From the NCBI RefSeq assembly GCF_009914755.1, contig NC_060947.1: a stretch of 64,000 nt of DNA. One strand, written 5' to 3'. Within the stretch, counting starts at the first letter, position 1. Each line of letters starts with the position of its first letter. Under the pieces are notes generated by a model. That model did not search any database, was not told the DNA's origin, and saw nothing but the letters and a program-made list of their open reading frames with translations. The stretch is from the human T2T-CHM13v2.0 reference genome, Homo sapiens. Shown here in pieces: positions 14,621 through 28,715 of this stretch. The position numbers and the translations under genes are program-made.

Positions 14621-16567
14621 GAGAAAGAGTAATTCACTCAGAGCCAGCTGTGGGGGAGACTGGCGTTTTACTATTACTCAAATCTGTCTCCCTGAGCATT
14701 CAGGGATCAGAGTTTTTAAGGACAACTTGGTGGGTCAGGGGAAGCCAGTGAGCTGGGAGTGCTGATTGTTTAGGTCAGAGATGAGAGTCGAAGCTGTCTT
14801 CTTATGCTGAGTCAGTGCCTGGGTGGGGGCCACAAGACCAGATGAGCCAGTTTATTGATCTTTGTGGTGCCAGCTGATTCATCAAGTGCAGGGTCTGCAA
14901 AATATCTCAAGCACTGATCTTAGGAGCAGTTTAGGAAGGGTCAGAATCTTGTAGCCTCTACCTGTATGACTCCTAAACCATAATTTCTAATCTTGTGGCT
15001 AATTTGTTAGTCCTACAAAGGCTGTCTAGTCCCCAGGCAAGAAGGATGTTTGGGGAAAGGGCTGTTATCGTCTTTGTTTTAAAGTATAAACTAAGTTCCT
15101 CCCAAAGTTAGTTCGGCCTACACCCAGGAATGAACAAGGACAGCTTGGAGGTTAGAAGCAAGATGGAGTCGGTTAGGTCGGATCTCTTTCACTGTCTCAG
15201 TTACAAATGTGCAATGGTGGTTTCAATCCCCAAATGATTTTTAACTGAAAAGTAAATCATTTTTCCTTCCCTCAATGTGTATAAACAGTACTCAAGGGAT
15301 ATTCTAATTCCTTCATAAAATATTAGTTTTTATCAATTATAATAAATGTCTGTTGTTTAGAATTTACTCCCAATAATCCATTAAAATTTCTAATCTTCCC
15401 TATGTGTTAGTCTTAAAGATTAAATTCAGTGACAGAATGATAAGGAATCTGCATTTCCAATTTAACTTTTTCAATTGAAATTGGGATTCAGACTTTTGGT
15501 AAAAAGCAAAGCTCACTGACCACTGTCACCATTCTGACAGGCAGTAGCTATCTTCCATGAACCAATGTCTCAACTAGCCTGACATATTCTCTGTAAAAAG
15601 CCCATTATACCTTCAGTAAATAGTTTATAAATTGGAAAACATAAATCTTCAATCAGTGAATCTGGCTCAAGCCTTCCTAGAACCAAAAGAAAAATAAAAT
15701 GTGAATGTGTCTATGTGCTTACATTTTGAATTAAATACACCTCCCTTTAAATTATCCCTATTGAAGTAATAGCTAGCCAATTTTTCTACATATACTAAGT
15801 GTGTTTATGATTATTTTCCTTAAGAATATATAAAAAGTATCAGGTAAGAGAAACCTGCAAACATTACAGATATATAAGGAAGCATAATCTGTGAATTTGT
15901 TCCTAACCATATTTTCATCAAAGCATTTGACCACAGCAAGACATCAAGCTTTGCCTTATGTCAATAGTTTTTAAAACCAGTAATCTAAAACAAACAAAAA
16001 AGTTGCAGAAGAAGGAAAGTATTAAATAAGGAAACTGAGAGGAGATGTTCAATGGCCTCAAAGCATAATAATTAAGAACACACCTTGAATAAAACAGTCC
16101 TGAGCCAGAATATCAAATATGACATTGACTAGGTTTAAAATTAAAACAAGGTGTCTACTTATATGTCCTTTCTATCTCCATTAGTGAGCTGGGGACAGTG
16201 ATGTCTACTTTGCAATTTAAGATATATATGTATATAGAAAGGAGCAGATAGAGATGTATAGATACATATCACAAAATGATTGGCACCCAGTGGATGTTCA
16301 ATTAATAGTAGTTATTACTACTACTACTACTATGACTACTACTACTGCTATTGTTATTACCACAGCCTGTTTGTTATACCTGGTAGAGAATAAGTAACAT
16401 AGAAAGCAAATGGTATGTCCAAAAGGAGCAGTTAATAAATTTGAATCTATGCACATTCAATCCTTGTGTTTAACCACTTGATTTATTTCTCTAATTTAAC
16501 TGATTACATTTTAATATCTTATGCTGGTATACCCCTTTATAATTTTCACAGGGCTTTCAAAAACTCC

Positions 16568-16994
16568 TGTCTTATTCTGTTTGTATTTCTATCAAGGAAC
16601 ACCCAAGGCTGGGTAATTTGTAAAGAAAATACATTTATTTGGCTCACAGTTCTGCGGGCTGCATAAGAAGCATGGCACCAGCATCTGCATCTATTGAGGG
16701 CCTCAGACTGCTTTTCCTCTTAGCAGAAGTCGAAGGGGAGCAGGCAAAGGAAAGACGCCATGTGGAGAGTTCATAGGGTGAGAGAGGAAATGAGAGAGAG
16801 GAAAGAGAAGGATCAAGACCTTTTTAACAACCAGCTCTCATGGGAACTAAGAGTGATAACTGAAGGAGGGCACCAAGTCATTCATTAGGGGTCTGCCCCC
16901 ATGACCCGAATATTTCCCATTAGGCCCCACCTCTAACAGTGGCGATCAAATTTCAACATGAGGTTTGGAGGGGTTAAATATCCAAATCATAGTG
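16568..16994 (-). mobile_element. MSTB-type MaLR solo LTR
   Basis: 'aggctgggtaatttgtaaagaaaa...ggctcacagttctg...aagcatggcaccagcatctg...tttcaacatgaggtttggagg'. Confidence 0.85.
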
Positions 16995-19900
16995 CACCAA
17001 TTGCTATTTGAATTATTTTCAACAATTTTTTGGTCTATTTTATCACACTGACCAAATATTATTCTGAGGCAACTGCAGTATTATACGTAGCATTCTCAAA
17101 TTATGAAATAACAGAGATGGAAAATTATTTAGGTTGGTGGCTCATTTGACATCAAAAGAAAGCGAGGCCTAAGAAGGTTGAAATCGCTTGCACAAAGCTA
17201 CTTAGAAATAAATGAAATTCTAAAACTTTTGCAATAAATAAAACAATTAACAAAAGATATCATAAGGAAATATTCAAAGTTCAACCAGTACACCAACCAT
17301 TCTAAATGATATTTAATACAAAAACAAATTCAAAACAACAAAAAAAAATGTGGGCAGTTTCTCAGCACATGCTTGCTATGCAATGTGGACCTGAGACTAA
17401 GTATGTCAATATCCATAGCACAAGCACCGCATCACCCCAGAACACAGATGAGTACATTCTGTGTCAATCCCACATATGTTTCCAGAGCCACATTTTGAGC
17501 TATGTTTAAAGTCATTGATGATCTTTAAATTGTGCACACTGCATTACAGGATGTAGAGAGATGTTTCATAAACATCTGACTTATTTTGACTTTCGATATT
17601 GATGTAATTACATTTTGAGGAGAGTTTCTTATTCCTATAGTATAGAAATGCCAACCAATAATTCTCTTTTGGGGCATGACTTTATAATAGAGCACTCTTC
17701 AATTTTTTTTAGTTGTCTGATCCTTCCAGTGATACAAAATATTCATGACATGTTTACCTCATTCTCTTTGGTTTAACCCCGGGAAAAAAAATCACCAGAA
17801 TTGATACAAAGCTATCATTCTTTTCAAATTCAGTTTTTAAAATTGTAAGTAAAATATTATTCACAACAGAAACCAATGTAGATAACATTACCACATTATA
17901 TATATAAACATTTAGGTGATTAATTCATAGACTACCTAAATACTCTTAAATATTAAAATTTACATAGTAGAATATTTACAGTTTTCACTTCACACCAAGC
18001 ACTAGGTTTAGCATTGTAATATTGTTATCATGATTAATCCTAATGATCACTCTCTTAGACAAGTGTTTTTTTTTAAATTATATCTTGACATTTTACAAAT
18101 AAACAAACTGAAAGTTTAAGTAATTTGATCATAGTCACATAATAGGAATGTGAACCAAGTTTGGACTGACTCTAAATTTTATTCTCTTTTCACTATGGTA
18201 TGCTTCCCCTCTAAAAAACACATTCAAATATTGTTTATAAAAATTTAAGAAAAGCAAATGCTTCTCAGGATTGCCCCAGATCCGATATCAAATAAAAGTA
18301 AAATTTTGCTGTGGTACACACTCTCATTATGGCCAGAACACTCCTCCATCCTGTTCTCTCTGTAGATGCCACAGAATATTTGGTGGTTGTATACATATCA
18401 GAGGCAGCAGTCACAGGAGGGACACTGGAGATTGTCCATCCCTGGCAAGGATGAACAATAAAATACCAGCAAAAGGAAAAGTCACTTGCATTGCATAGCA
18501 GTTCTACCCTTCTCTTATATAGCCTTTCCTTTACCACTCCCATACATTGTGTTTTTACTTTATTTCTTTTCTCTTCCTCATTTGCCTGCTCAGACACATC
18601 ACATTTACCAGTGAACTCCCTCCAAATAAAAGTAGAGAGTATTGAGATAAATACATAAAACCATAGTAAAATATGAATAACATTCTCTACTCTCATTTTA
18701 TCCTGATATTTTACTATCCAATAGTGACTGGTATATGTGTTTCTGATTCAGTTCCTAATATACATGAAATCCCAATTTGCATGAAGAAAAATATCTTTCG
18801 AATAATCTCAGCAAATGTTCTGCAAGCTCCTAGTAGGGTACCAGGTACACAGTGGTTCCTCAATAAATATATATTCATAAAGACAGTGATGATGCATATA
18901 ATAATTTTGATGGACTTGTTACATTTCAAGGCAGCTGTAGTTCATGACACTAGAGTACCATTTAAGTTATCTCAGTGACTACTAATCAGTGTCTCCTATT
19001 AAAAGCATATTGTTTATTAAGATAAAGTTAATGTAAGAAACTTTAAAGTGCTACTTTGCACATTTAGATTTTCTTGGTGTTTAAAACTCTACTTTAGCTT
19101 TACCTCTAAGGAGTCTAAAATGTGAGATGACAGCTGGCACAGGATTTCAGAGAAAACAGATCAAATAAAATGAGAATGTTCCCAGCATGTTGGACTTTTC
19201 ACCAAAATTAATGTCAACAATCAGCCAAAATTGTGAAATATATCAGAACACACATCTGATGATTCACAGGGAAATTAGCACCACTCAAGATTTCCTTGAG
19301 CAACAATTCCTGTTACCCAGCCTCAAACAGTACACACCAGTGTGTACTCTGACACTCTGGGAAATCACTAATGGCATCTAGGACCTCTCCAGCATCATAT
19401 ATTAGGGCAAAGGCAGGCCCCAATGAGCTAGCCTCCAAGAATATACCTGGGTTGCTTGTTCATAACATTCTCCACTTCCAACATATATTTAAGGGTTTCT
19501 TAAGTTCCCCACTTAAGTAATTTTGGAATTTACTCTTAAAGAAAAACATTTAACAATAATTTAAACCAATGTGCTTTTAGATTATATGATCTGTCCAGGA
19601 AGTGAAAAAATCATTATTGGCAACAGTTTTTGGCTGGGTTTAAGAAAGGAATACGTTGACATTTGCACATATATCAATGCATAATATTAAATTGTTATGA
19701 TTCAAATTCACTGATCAGGAAAGGCTATGAGTAAAAAGAACTTCTGGTGAGTCAATGTCAGCTCTCTTTTGTCTGGTATTCTGGAGAATGGGAGTTCACT
19801 AACAATATAAAACTTCTCCAAGCTAAAGAGCTCTTTCATGACTCTCAAAAGTAAGCTGGGATTCTTTCAAGATCAAACATTCTCCTAAAATCTTCACAAC

Positions 19901-22900
19901 TTCGTGAACTTAAAAATGGCATGAAAAAAATTTTTATTTCCAGTCTTTTTACAACCCTGAAATTCCAGAAAAATGTTAAATATGATATTAAACATTCATA
20001 AAATATGTAAAGATATTCTATTGTTGAGGTTGAGATTAAAAAAGAAATGGAAATAGTTCTCTTATCACTAGCAAATAAACAGCACTGCTATAATGCAATT
20101 AACACAGGCATTAAAATATTTGCTATTTTAATAGGTAAAAAGCAATATGCTAGTTAAATGAATTTAGACACTCATGCATAGTATTAAGTGATGCTTTTAT
20201 AATATTTGCAAAACCTTAAATTGGAGCATTTTTTCTCTAAAATGTAGATGCCCTTGCATTATAGCTTTTCACAGAAACCTTGTTATTTATGAGCATCTGG
20301 TTACCTTCTCCCATCTCTATAGTCTGCCTGGACTTGGCATAATTGTGATACGAACATAGATGGCAGATGCCTTGACTTTTGATGTAGTTAATCATGACTG
20401 GAGGCATTCCAAGACATTGTTCCTGAAGAAATGTGGCAGTGTGTGGGCTCTTGTGTAATGGTAAACAAAGCAATGAAGTTCCTGCACAGTTTCTCTGCTT
20501 ATTAAAGATTTTGGGGTATATTTCCTCTGTCTTTAATTGCTATTAAGTAGACCTCTTTTGACAATATTGAGAGAAAGAAAAAGCTGTCTTCTGCATACTA
20601 TGTTTAATGCTGCTCAATAATTAATCATAGAAAATCAATTGCCTGTATTTTATACCTGATTGTAGAAATTTGGTGGAATTCTTTTGCATGTGAAATGTTG
20701 ATAAATCATCAACTCAACAAGTATCTGTTCTCTTGTTTCTGACAGTGAGAAAAACCTTACAAATTAGAAAATAGAGGAAAATATGGTGAGTGTGCTTCCC
20801 AAAATTAAAACAAGAAAAGCAATCAACTTCAGAGTATTCTTGTTTATGTAAAATCTCATTTTCTTTCAACAATTTTACTTAACCAGTTAAAATATTTATT
20901 CTTTCTCCCAATGCAATCATTCTCTCCACTAATTGGCAGAACACAGTACCATCAATGCAGCCAAAAACAGAGGTTTTACTCTGACTTTCAGGCTTTTCTG
21001 TGGAAGTTAGCAACATTCAATGTCAAATTGATAATAGAATAGAAGAGAATGGAAGATTATAACACCAAAGCCAGAGACAATATTCTTGGTAGAATGAATT
21101 CAAAAAGCAAATGTGTACTAAACAAAGTGGAGACATTCCTCCTAAATCATTGGTGTTGATAGGCATTATTTCAAGCTTAGCCTTTTCATACAGCAATCAT
21201 CCTGCAAGTTGCCTTTTAGAGCATTCCTTATCTCATACAAAGCTGTGTGAATTCAAAGACTGAAACAAACAAACAAAAATGGTCCAGAAAAACTAATGTA
21301 AAATAGAAGATCAGCATGCAGAGATACCACTTCAGTGTGGAAGCATCTTAAAAAGAAGTGTCAGTAGCCCAGAAATGAATAACAAATATTGCTCAGTGAA
21401 TCTGGCCATTAAACCAGGAGTTGTCAAGTTCAAGAAGTTTCACATTTTTCAAAAATTGTAGCAATTTGCCCTAATATTAAACTGCTAATTGATTTGGAAA
21501 TTTTTTCTTCCAGGTTGCATCTCTCTTTCCATGTGATGTACAGCTCTTTGTGTTTCCTTTTTTCATTTTTAATAAATGCTCTGATACAAAAACAATACAA
21601 AAAACATATTGTTTCCATTGATCTTTGCTGCACCAGCCTAATATTTCTTTCTGTTCTTTAAATATTGAGTGTTTTTAGAGCTCTCCTCCTACTTGTCACT
21701 TTGCTTCCTCCTAGAAGCAACTCATTTCTCTGTCATCTTCTCCAGTTGCTTGTTCAACATTTGCTAACATTTTCCTCTTTGAAAGATATAGCCACCTTCA
21801 GGATTCAAATTAAAGGCAGCATCACGTAAAGAATAGCCAATCTTGAAGGCTATGACCTACACATTTTTGCCTGGTAAATTCTGGAGTATAAATTCATATA
21901 TCTACAAATGCATTTAGTAATTTATATAGTCTTATCTTCTGAAATATAACTTTATACATTGCTTGGAATTTAGGGTAGAGTTTGTATGGCATGCCTAGCA
22001 GGGCAATAGATGACACAACTTCACTACAGACAACAATATTGCACAGGATAGGTGGTCTCTTTTCACTTCACAAACTAATTAATTCACAAACCTTCTAATT
22101 GTCTTTCAAGAAACAAATGGTTATAAAACAATGTCTTTTGCTTAATTTTCTCATAATAAAATATATTATCTAATTAGAAACTTTTTTGCTATATCTATTT
22201 TCTTGAAATTTGTACTTCCTTCACATTGTGCACTTGCAAGAAAGTGAAACAATAAAGCAATTAGGTGGGGAAGAACTATGAATTCTAATATTGCTATATT
22301 ATTATGTATTCCATAGCTCTTTATTCACTAGCTTCCCTGGAATCTGGCTAAGAACTAAGAACTAATGCTATCCCACTTTTGAGAGGAAGTGGAACACAAG
22401 TTTCATTCCCTCTGACCTGGCCTACTCAGTAAACTATACCCCTGCAGTGGGAATTAGAATGTATTCCCCATCCTGCCTGCCACTACACACACATATATCA
22501 AGCATGAGTAGCTCTTTTTCTCCCCTCCATGACACTAAACTTATATTTAACTAGGTCTGCCACACATTGAGAGAAAGATTGTTTGGTTTTGAAGTTGGAC
22601 TTGCCTTTACCAAATATGTCAGTAGTTCATCTCTGTTTCTGAAATTGGATTTGCATAACTCCCCCTCTGTTACCATTAAATTAAACTGCTAAGACATAAC
22701 ACATATTGAATTCTGTTCAGAGACATTCTGTCATTACTAAAAGTGTGATCCTCTCTTTAAAAGGTAAAAGAAATCATATGCGTGAGTGTGTACACGCGAA
22801 CAAAACGTGTGTGGGAGTAAAATGTGAACTGCAGAGGTTGCCTGCCAGCAGCCCATTAATTGAAGCTTCCCTTGTTTTTCCAAATTCGAAATAATTCCCA

Positions 22901-25676
22901 TCTGCCTTGGCTTACTCTGAGCATGAAATCCAAGTCCCTTAGCAGGAGATCGGGGGAGCTACAGACTAGATCACTGAGGCAGTTTATGAATGTTAGTTTT
23001 GCCCCATGGGGAATATGAAACAGAGGTTTCAAAGTACTCTGCAATGCTTGCTTGTCCCTGAAACAACATGCAATTGCAGATAAGATGATAATCTGCTGCA
23101 CTGATTACCAACTACACATTTGCACAAGTGGGTTGGTTATGTGCAAATATTTTCTTTCAGAAACAGTGCAGGTGCCCTGTAGCCTTTTGCTACCCTGACT
23201 AAAAGTATCATTAAGTTCTGTGCTGCTGTTATGATTTAATTCCTGTACATAGCAGTCTGTCACCTCCATTCATATAGAGTTCCTCAATTTTATATTCCCA
23301 GGGCTATCTTATAAAATTGCACCACCCCTCCCTTCAGCCACCCATTTGCTTTTCCTTGATAGAAAGATGGGATCTCACTCCTGAGTCAGCGGCTTTTTAA
23401 ATTATTATTTACCCCACTGCACATTCAGGCTTTCCGTAATAATAGCTCTTCAATTGCTGTACACAGAGTAAATCCGTACTTTCTGCTCATTTCTTTTTGG
23501 GGCCCTATCTCCATTTATAACTTTTCTAAACTTAATACAAACAGATAATGATGTACCATCATTTTATTGCTCATGACAGGTGAGTTTTTAGGACCTCTGG
23601 TCTTTCAACTTTCTCTTTTCATCAGCATACTCTATATAATACCTCTTCCATCCAAATTTTTTTATTTCATAGTCTTTTGCCTATATAAGTTTATTCTGAA
23701 ATAACACACCATACCGATTATATATCTACTTAAAACTAGGTTCTACTTTTGATCACTCATGTTTACCATATGTATTTCTCTCATATTCTGCAACTTTTCA
23801 TCTTGAGCTAATTGTTCAATTTATTTAAAAAATATGTTTTTCTGTGAAGAATAATGCCTCAGAAAGTATTATCTTAAAAAAATGAAGTCCATCAGTAACA
23901 TGCCCAGAAATTGTCAGAAGTCATGCACAACTGTACTTCTCTCTGTTTGAGACGGAATCTGCTGCTAAAGGACATCCATGGAAGTAGGAAGAGGAATATC
24001 CTGAAAATTACAGCGAATGGTTAACTGAAAGAAAGACAGATTGGTAAGCCATCTGTGGCCTGACTAGCTTTGGGAAGAAACTAGATCAGCTGGCTATCTG
24101 TCGTTGCTCTAATTTACAATTCCCAGCAAATAATCACACTGCCATTTCTCGGCCTGTTCTCATGTCTCTGCCACCTAATATCCGCACAACCATAGGCAAG
24201 TAACTTAACCCAGATATTCTCTGTGCCTCTTTGTTTTTGTAAATAAAGTGCTGATAATGGTCATTCGTACCTCACAATGTCACGTGCGGGTTTACTGAGA
24301 TAAAATATGGCACGACTCTAAAAACAATGAATAATGTACCTGACAAAATGTCTACCACACTGTTAAATATTAGGTGCTCACACTGTCTTGGTTACTCTTA
24401 CTGTCTAATATTTAATGTGAAGTAGTCTGTTAATCTTGTGGCATTTGCGTTTTTGCTTTACTGGATATTATATTTTTGTTAATAAATTGTTTCTTCTCCA
24501 ATTAAAATCAAGATAGGCATCTTCCTAAATCACACACCTTGGCAGGCTTCACTTTTTATTTCACAAATCCTATGCATAGATGCTTATACAAAACATTAGT
24601 ACTTTATGTACAAGTCTATTCAACACTTATGCCTATCACCCACCAAGATATGAAGAATTCAGTCAATAATTAAAATTGAAAGCCTATACTTATCCTTTGT
24701 ATGTGTGGGAAGAGGGTGGTTTTCATCCGGACAATTCAAATCAGTCTTCTTATTTATATTAAATATAAGCCACTCTTTTTACCCATGAATATCAAGCAGA
24801 CCATACAGATTTCCAATCAGAGAAAGAAGTACTAAGCCTGCTTCAGTGTACAGGATTTTTTTCAGTCCCTTTCTGCAGTCTATTCCACTGTTTATCATAT
24901 TCTGTTCTTTCTCATTTGACCAGCCAGACATTGAGTGTAACACCGTTGCTTGTTTCACCATATCTGAAAACCAAAAACCAAACACAAACCAGGCATGTCT
25001 CTTGTAGATGACTATTTAGCATGGTCTAGCAGAGTGAGTCACCTAAGCTAACAAATAGCTGCCATCTTTATGCACAGCAAACAATGACTATCTTTTACTC
25101 ATTTATCATCCAATTCCATAAACAATATTAGGCTCACAATGCATGCTACAATTAGATCGTTTAAATATAGAAAGAATGTGCCTACCACCTGCCTTCAAAG
25201 ACTAACACAATAACCACATCATCTAATCCAGCTGCTGTTTTCTGTTCATGAGTTATTTAAAAAGAAAACTCCAGCATGATATAAAACATGCTTTAATCAC
25301 TATACCTAATTATCAAGAACAGTAAATAACTTTCACATTAATTGACTTCAACATAGCAAAGTTAATAATTAATCATTACAGACTGAAATTCCAGCATGAT
25401 ATTGTCAAACAGGACAAAGGCCCAGAAACTGTGACCTTACCCACCACTGATTCCACCCACATTTCCCACGGGTGTTTTGGAGAAAATGTCTGTCACTAGA
25501 CATCAGCTGTTTAAGGTGAGATTTCACTGGGCTTTAAGCTAATGCTTGTAATATATTCTGAATTAATTGGATGAATAGCATTAAATATTAATAAAATATT
25601 ATAGTTTAGTTGTCTTAATCTTATTAATCTTCCAGTCCATAACTCATTCTCTCTGCCTGTCTCTCTACCCGACTCG

Positions 25677-26004
25677 TTTTTTTTTTGTTTGTTTGTTTGT
25701 TTGTTTGTTTTTGTTTTTTTTGAGACAGAGTCTCACTCTTGTCGCCCAGGCTGGAGTGCAGTGGCGTGATCTCGGCTCACTACAACCTCCGCCTCCCGAG
25801 TTCAAGTGACTCTCCCACCTCAGCGTTCTGAGTAGCTGGGATTACAGGCACCTGCCACCACGCCAGGCTAATTTTTGTATTTTTAGTAGAGACGGGGTTT
25901 CACCATGTTGGCCAGGCTGGTCTTGAACTCCTAACCTCAGGTGATTCGCCCGCATGGGCCTCCCAAAGTGCTGAGATTACAGGCATGGGCCACCACGTCC
26001 AGCC
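25677..26004 (-). mobile_element. AluS (Sq-like) with (TTTG)n tail
   Basis: Full Alu. 'cactcttgtcgccc' extra-T feature and 'cctcaggtgat'. Confidence 0.93.
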
Positions 26005-26530
26005 CTGACTCTCATTTTTACTCTTACTACATCTCCTTTTTTTCTTAAGAATCAGAAAACACTTTTATTCGTAATTTACTGAATGTTTCTGTTTTATGTC
26101 TTAAATGACAAGCTGTTCCGTAGACTGCATTAACTAATCCAAAGGGTTCAATGACTACCTTTGGAGCTTTCTCCACGTAACTGAAAGAACTAACCCAGGA
26201 ACAGGTTTTGAGCAGGAATGTCAAGGGTTAGATAGTTGTACTATTTTTTCAAAATGTAGGTATTTTTCTATTGTGATATGCCTCTCATTCCTCAGTGAGA
26301 TGGAATTTTTAAAAGCTTAACGTAATATAGGTGTACTTTTAACGTAAAAGCTTTTGTTTATCTAACTACCCTAGTTGGCCTTCAATTCTAGCTGGATGAT
26401 GATCTGTACATAAATAGCTGGAAAGAGAAATAGGCTACATTTTACTCAGATTTACTGTATCCCACAACACAATTATAATTGAGCTTATTCTAAATCATTT
26501 TTCAATTATAATTTAATTTTTCAATCATAA

Positions 26531-26817
<287 letters not shown>

Positions 26818-27769
26818 TCAATCATAACTTAAAAATAGAGACTGGCATGAGGAGATTTGATAGTCTCCTAATTGTAAGCCCCCTGGCTTGGAAGTAGTGT
26901 CAAGGCTTTAATGATCAAATACTTGGAGATATAATGATATTACACTTTATTGTCACCAATTGGACATCTGTATCTTTCTCCTACATTTTTCAGGTCTGTA
27001 TTTCCTGAATAAAGCCTTGGCATTGTACAACAATGACTTTTTCTCAATCACTTTCAGTTCAATAAGTTGCTTTCATTGTTTTCTTTATTTCCTTTCATAT
27101 AAATTCCAGTAGGAGAGTATGAGAAATCTATTATATAAAACCAAGTTTTTAATGTTTCTGTTCAAAATGTTTGAAAACTTCAGAATTGAAAGGGGATGGG
27201 GAAATGGGTAATGTTACTTTAGGAGGCCTAAGGCCTAAGATATATAGAAAAAATATAAGCTAGCTTGAGGAAGTTGTTGTAGTATATCGGCTATTTTTTA
27301 TAAAGGAGTGCAGAGTGAAGATGAGAGAAGCTTAATAACCCATGCTTCAGTGTTGGAAGGAGGAAATAAGTGAGCTGACAGCATAAATATTAAGAAAATT
27401 GACAATAATCTCAGACTTTTGAAACTGAAGGAACTCATGATGGAGTGATGCCTGATCAATGGCTATTCTATTATAATAAACTTTTCTTCATTTTTACATT
27501 CTGGCTAACATCATTTATAAAAGAGGCCCTGGTGAGGGAAGATAGGGTTAGATAAGGTCACAGCTAAGAGTAATTAGAATTAACAATAATCAAAAGTTTG
27601 ACAATTGAATTATGATGCCAGAAAATTCAGAACCAGAAACAGGAGAGTGACTTGTAGGGGCTAGACAGTCTGCAACTCACAGCTACTTTCAAATGACAAG
27701 AAGCTTGATGGAAGGCTTGCATGCTTTGGATGACATCAGAATTAAAACATTGCATGTAAGTATTAGAAC

Positions 27770-27915
27770 ATAAAGCGAAGCCCCTCCTTTTTAGATGAGG
27801 AAACTGAAATCCATTGAGAAAAAGTCATTTCTGCAGGTGATTCAATTAGCTACTGGCAAAACCAAGATAAGAACTCTCTCTTGACTCGCAATCTAGCACT
27901 CTTTCTACATTACAC
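27770..27915 (-). mobile_element. MIR fragment
   Basis: 'ttttagatgaggaaactgaaa...gcactctttctacattacac' MIR core. Confidence 0.6.
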
Positions 27916-28052
27916 AGGAAATTAAAAAGTTGAAGTTAGGCAGAATTCATTCATTTTTTCCAGGTGGTATTATTTGTTCAAATTATACTTTGCTGTTCCT
28001 TTTAATAGTAATAAGCAATTAGTTGATTAGTATTTAATCTACATTAGGGTGG

Positions 28053-28591
28053 TGTGATAGTTAATATTAGGTGTCAACTTGATTGGATTGAGGAATGCCG
28101 GATGACTGATGAAGTATTGTTTCTGGGCGTGTCTGTGAGGGTGTTTCCAGTAGAAATTGACATGTGAGTCAGTGGACTGGGAGAGGAAGATGCACTCTAC
28201 ATGTGGGTGGGCACCATTCAATCAGCTGCAAGGGCAGCTAGAACAAAATAGGTGGAGGAAGCATGTATTCAGTTTGCTGAGCTTCCTCTCTCTCTTTCCT
28301 CTCTCTCTTTCTTCCAGAGCTAGATGCCTTTTCTCCTCCTGCTCTTAGACATCAGACTCCAGATTCCCAAATTCTTTGGCTTTTGGCACTAGCATCAGTG
28401 GCCTTCGATGGGTTCTCGATGAGGCCCTTGGCCTCAGACTGGGGTCTGCATTGTCGGCTTCCCTGGTTGTGAGGCTTTTGAACTTGGACTGAGCCATGCT
28501 ACTGGCTTTTCTAATTTCCCAGCTTGCAGATGGCCTGTAGTGGGACTTTGCCTTTGTAATTGTATGAGCCATTTCTCCCTAATAACCTCCT

Positions 28592-28657
<66 letters not shown>

Positions 28658-28715
28658 CTATACATATATATATATCCTATTGGTTCTCTCCCTCTGGAGA
28701 ACCCTGACTGCTACA
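28053..28715 (+). mobile_element. MLT2B-type ERVL solo LTR with internal (CA)n(GA)n
   Basis: Starts 'tgtgatagttaatattaggtgtcaacttgattggattga', ends 'ctctggagaaccctgactgctaca'. Confidence 0.88.
28595..28675. repeat. (CA)n(GA)n(TA)n microsatellite
   Basis: Directly visible. Confidence 0.95.

Larger units (their letters stand above)
11280..15225 (-). mobile_element. Solo LTR8/LTR8A (ERV1), split by L1PB at 11369-14620
   Basis: Ends 'tgtaaccacccaataggttcaccttgcc' and 'tgcaatggtggtttca'. Perfect 4-bp TSD ATCC at 11276-11279 and 15226-15229. Sequence is continuous across the L1 TSD. Confidence 0.88.

Noticed and set aside
18265-18978. 143-aa and 101-aa ORFs in unique DNA
   Set aside because: No recognisable domain, AT-biased composition and no convincing splice or promoter context. 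Consistent with background.
19329-19348. Near-perfect palindrome agtacacac-ca-gtgtgtact
   Set aside because: A 9-bp stem is expected by chance in 64 kb and is too short for a pre-miRNA.
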